Shown here: in pieces, positions 14,382 to 16,212 of the stretch | Layout of the letters: every line of letters starts with the position of its first letter | Numbering within the stretch: the first letter of the stretch is position 1 | From: Candidatus Woesearchaeota archaeon | Lineage (GTDB): Archaea; Nanobdellota; Nanobdellia; SCGC-AAA011-G17; GW2011-AR18 | Direction: 5' to 3' | DNA length: 16,212 bases | Assembly (NCBI GenBank): GCA_964372555.1 | Contig: CAYJQZ010000009.1 | Span: 1-16,212, forward strand | Notes under the pieces: generated by a model | Database searches by the model: none | Seen by the model: the letters and a program-made list of their open reading frames with translations, nothing else | What the model was told of the DNA's origin: nothing | Program-made: the position numbers and the translations under genes

Positions 14382-16046
14382 TTAGCTTATACATAAAAGT
14401 TGCTGACATTCGTTGTTGCTATAAGCTGATTGATATATTGCCTCTGCTATGATATTCTGTCCTGCTGCATTTGGATGTAAATGATCTCCGCTATCAAACT
14501 CTGGCTTTAGTGCTCCTGCCCCATTATTGAGTGCAGCATATATATTAACAGACATATCTACATTCTCTGCTTCAGTTAAGATCCAATTATTTATACTAAT
14601 AATTTTATTTTGTGTGTATTGATTACATGTCACTGTAGATGATTGATAACCGCCACAAGGAGTTAATGTCAAAGCTATGACTCTCATATTATTTTGTTTT
14701 CCCTTTAGGTACATCTCTGCCAAATTATCTTTTATATCTTGTTCTGGCCCTGCAATGTTGTTTATTCCGCCTTGTATTATTACATCTTTATAATTCTTAG
14801 ATGTTATATCCACATCAAACCTAGCAGACATTGCTGCTGTTCCTTGCCCTTCAATACCATATTCATTGAAAAGTTGAGAACCACAAAGCGAATTTAATCT
14901 TTGGACATATATTCCTGATGCAGTAATTGAATCACCAATAACGCCTGCATCACATTTTGCTGAACCTGTTGGAATTAATGGGGGGTTTAGACCTAGTCTG
15001 CCTCTTTCTTCTGCTATTCTTCTTTGCTGTGCTTGTTCTAGTGTAACAGGGAGCAAACATAAATTATTTTCAAACGGATAGAAATCAATTTCTACATAAT
15101 CATTAAAATTCAATGTTGACAATGGTTGCTGGTCTGCTTGTGCTGTGTTTCTATAGTCTGAAAAACCGCAAGGCGTCTTTGTAAGTTGTTGTGATTTTAC
15201 TTCTTCGTCTTTATAATTAAGTACAAATTTATTATTTTTTAAGTTTATTGAAAAGTCAGCTATTGTTTTTAGTACTGCTGTTGTATATTTACATTCATCC
15301 CTAACATTTGTTTCTAAGCATTTATTTACTATGGATAATAATTTGTCAAATTCTTCAGATGCTATAGTTGCTCCTTCTAATTTTTCACATTTTTTGAGTC
15401 CTGTTGTTGTTGCTTTTGGAACTAGTGCTGATTTTTCGTTGCTAAATTTGTATAATGCTATTCCACTTTCAACATTTATTTCATCACTCCCACTTACATC
15501 TGTAGCAGAATAAATAGTATCTTCTTCAACAAACTGTCTTTCAACTGGTGTAAAGTCTAGTATGTTTAATTTTCCTCCTTCCTGTATTGGATAGCTTAAT
15601 CCTGAATTTTTAAAATATGTAGTGTCTGGTGCATCAATTGGTGTTGTTTTGGTTGTTACTCCACTCGAGAATTCAACTTGTTCTATACTATTTGTTCCAA
15701 AAAATGCTGCTTCATCTACTTCTGCTCCACTGTGAACACGTATTGCTGTGGCCTTATCTCTATTAACAATTTCCATAATATATAATTCCGGTGTTTTAGG
15801 ATAACTAATTTCACAGTAGCATTCTGCTGATAGAGAGAGTTTACATTCTCTATAACTATTTACAAATTCATCATAGAATGGAAGGTCTCTGTTTACGCCT
15901 AATTCTTGTCTTTCCCTGTCTGCTTGACTTTCCCCTAACAAATTTGGTATGGTATTGGATAGAATTATATATACCCAATACAATAAACCAATTACTGCTA
16001 TTATTATCAAAAATAACATTATTGGCTTTCTTAAAGACAATTCCAT
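14382..16046 (-). CDS. N-terminally anchored secreted protein with a C-terminal SGNH/GDSL hydrolase domain
   Basis: N-terminus MELSLRKPIMLFLIIIAVIGLLYWVYIIL is a signal anchor without the KK[GA] motif. SGNH blocks are VIGDSITASG (block I, Ser codon at 14928-14930), YGIEGQG (block II), IQGGINN (block III) and SGDHLHPN (block V, DxxH). Confidence 0.8.
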   Translation of the reverse strand: MELSLRKPIMLFLIIIAVIGLLYWVYIILSNTIPNLLGESQADRERQELGVNRDLPFYDEFVNSYRECKLSLSAECYCEISYPKTPELYIMEIVNRDKATAIRVHSGAEVDEAAFFGTNSIEQVEFSSGVTTKTTPIDAPDTTYFKNSGLSYPIQEGGKLNILDFTPVERQFVEEDTIYSATDVSGSDEINVESGIALYKFSNEKSALVPKATTTGLKKCEKLEGATIASEEFDKLLSIVNKCLETNVRDECKYTTAVLKTIADFSINLKNNKFVLNYKDEEVKSQQLTKTPCGFSDYRNTAQADQQPLSTLNFNDYVEIDFYPFENNLCLLPVTLEQAQQRRIAEERGRLGLNPPLIPTGSAKCDAGVIGDSITASGIYVQRLNSLCGSQLFNEYGIEGQGTAAMSARFDVDITSKNYKDVIIQGGINNIAGPEQDIKDNLAEMYLKGKQNNMRVIALTLTPCGGYQSSTVTCNQYTQNKIISINNWILTEAENVDMSVNIYAALNNGAGALKPEFDSGDHLHPNAAGQNIIAEAIYQSAYSNNECQQLLCIS

Positions 16047-16047
16047 T

Positions 16048-16203
16048 TTATGAACCGAACCTGAATATATCTTTTAATTTATCTAATATAACTCCTGATT
16101 TTCCTCGAAATAGAAATACAATTCCAATTATTATTATTAAAATTATTAGAGCTAATATTAACTTAATTATGATATCGAGTTCTAAATCTGCTTTTTTGTT
16201 CAT
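16048..16203 (-). CDS. Mini-pilin (51 aa) with a class III signal peptide
   Basis: Not in the track. My translation is MNKKADLELDIIIKLILALIILIIIIGIVFLFRGKSGVILDKLKDIFRFGS. Its stop lies 1 nt before the next ATG (TAAAATG). An in-frame ATG at 16212 (MQRMNKKA...) is possible, so the true start and the upstream context are cut by the window edge. Confidence 0.55.
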   Translation of the reverse strand: MNKKADLELDIIIKLILALIILIIIIGIVFLFRGKSGVILDKLKDIFRFGS

Positions 16204-16212
16204 GCGTTGCAT

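Noticed and set aside
9120-14950. Higher local GC in the three catalytic-domain segments as evidence of recent horizontal transfer from bacteria. For example, about 40-42% over 12301-12420, compared with ~28% in the N-terminal part of the same gene and ~35% in radA.
   Set aside because: These are hand counts over only a few 60-nt blocks. Conserved Gly/Ala/Pro-rich catalytic cores raise GC in any AT-rich genome, so composition alone cannot separate HGT from amino-acid constraint. A domain phylogeny is needed.
1560-15513. Ten plus-strand track ORFs of 60-104 aa: 1560-1745, 5734-6000, 5931-6131, 6552-6863, 6870-7088, 7962-8156, 9018-9332, 12670-12921, 14143-14343 and 15331-15513
   Set aside because: Each lies antisense within a longer minus-strand gene that has clear family motifs (9018-9332 spans the RPA/M15 junction, 5931-6131 the radA/acidic-protein junction). 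Their translations are low-complexity Leu/Phe/Ser/Ile strings typical of shadow frames in AT-rich DNA. None has a plausible promoter or SD.
12047-16046. Shared CxC motif (ICLCDI in the SLT fusion, ECYCEI in the SGNH protein) as evidence that their N-terminal regions are paralogous
   Set aside because: A six-residue resemblance at different distances from the TM helix (aa ~108 versus ~76) is too weak without a profile alignment.
9117-16046. Alternative reading in which the hydrolases remodel the organism's own or a host archaeon's pseudomurein
   Set aside because: Pseudomurein has beta-1,3-linked N-acetyltalosaminuronic acid and L-amino-acid peptides. These are not substrates for SLT (which needs MurNAc beta-1,4 and a free C6-OH) or for D-Ala-specific LAS peptidases. 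Nothing in the window indicates pseudomurein synthesis. This reading is not fully excluded without biochemistry.
10621-16203. Recurring plus-strand string ccttttttat/gcttttttgt...cat (eight copies), which looks like a dispersed DNA repeat
   Set aside because: It is simply the reverse complement of the conserved ATG-AAY-AAA-AAA-GS codons (MNKK[G/A]) at the 5' ends of the pilin-like genes. It is not an independent repeat or a regulatory element.
1-16212. CRISPR arrays, transposases, integrases, terminal inverted repeats and toxin-antitoxin or restriction-type defence genes
   Set aside because: None was found on either strand. All long ORFs are accounted for by housekeeping, envelope or pilin-like genes.

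Overview
This is an AT-rich (about 30% GC by eye), very tightly packed archaeal chromosome segment. The archaeal assignment rests on RadA, aEF-1beta with its Zn-ribbon partner, a Zn-finger RPA, CDP-archaeol synthase and a FlaK/PibD-type prepilin peptidase. The compact, overlapping gene style suggests a small-genome DPANN-type archaeon, but that is inference only. Positions 1-9100 carry housekeeping and envelope genes: prepilin peptidase, a HIT-like protein, aEF-1beta, a GT-B glycosyltransferase coupled to CarS, a small acidic-tail protein coupled to RadA, and GT2, PAP2, YdjM-like and RPA genes. Positions 9117-16212, all on the minus strand, form one co-directional, translationally coupled block of nine genes. 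Eight of these open with a near-identical class III (type IV pilin-like) signal peptide, M(F)NKK[G/A] followed by a hydrophobic helix. Two of them are under 60 aa and absent from the ORF track. The three large members end in catalytic domains with apparently intact motifs that act on bacterial peptidoglycan. These are an SLT/GH23 lytic transglycosylase, an M15 VanY-like LAS metallopeptidase and an SGNH/GDSL esterase that may be an O-acetyl-peptidoglycan esterase. An archaeon has no murein of its own, so I read this block as a candidate pilus- or surface-displayed murein-degrading apparatus aimed at bacterial cell walls. That is the main finding. No pilus assembly ATPase or platform gene lies in the window. 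I saw no CRISPR array, tRNA, rRNA or mobile element.
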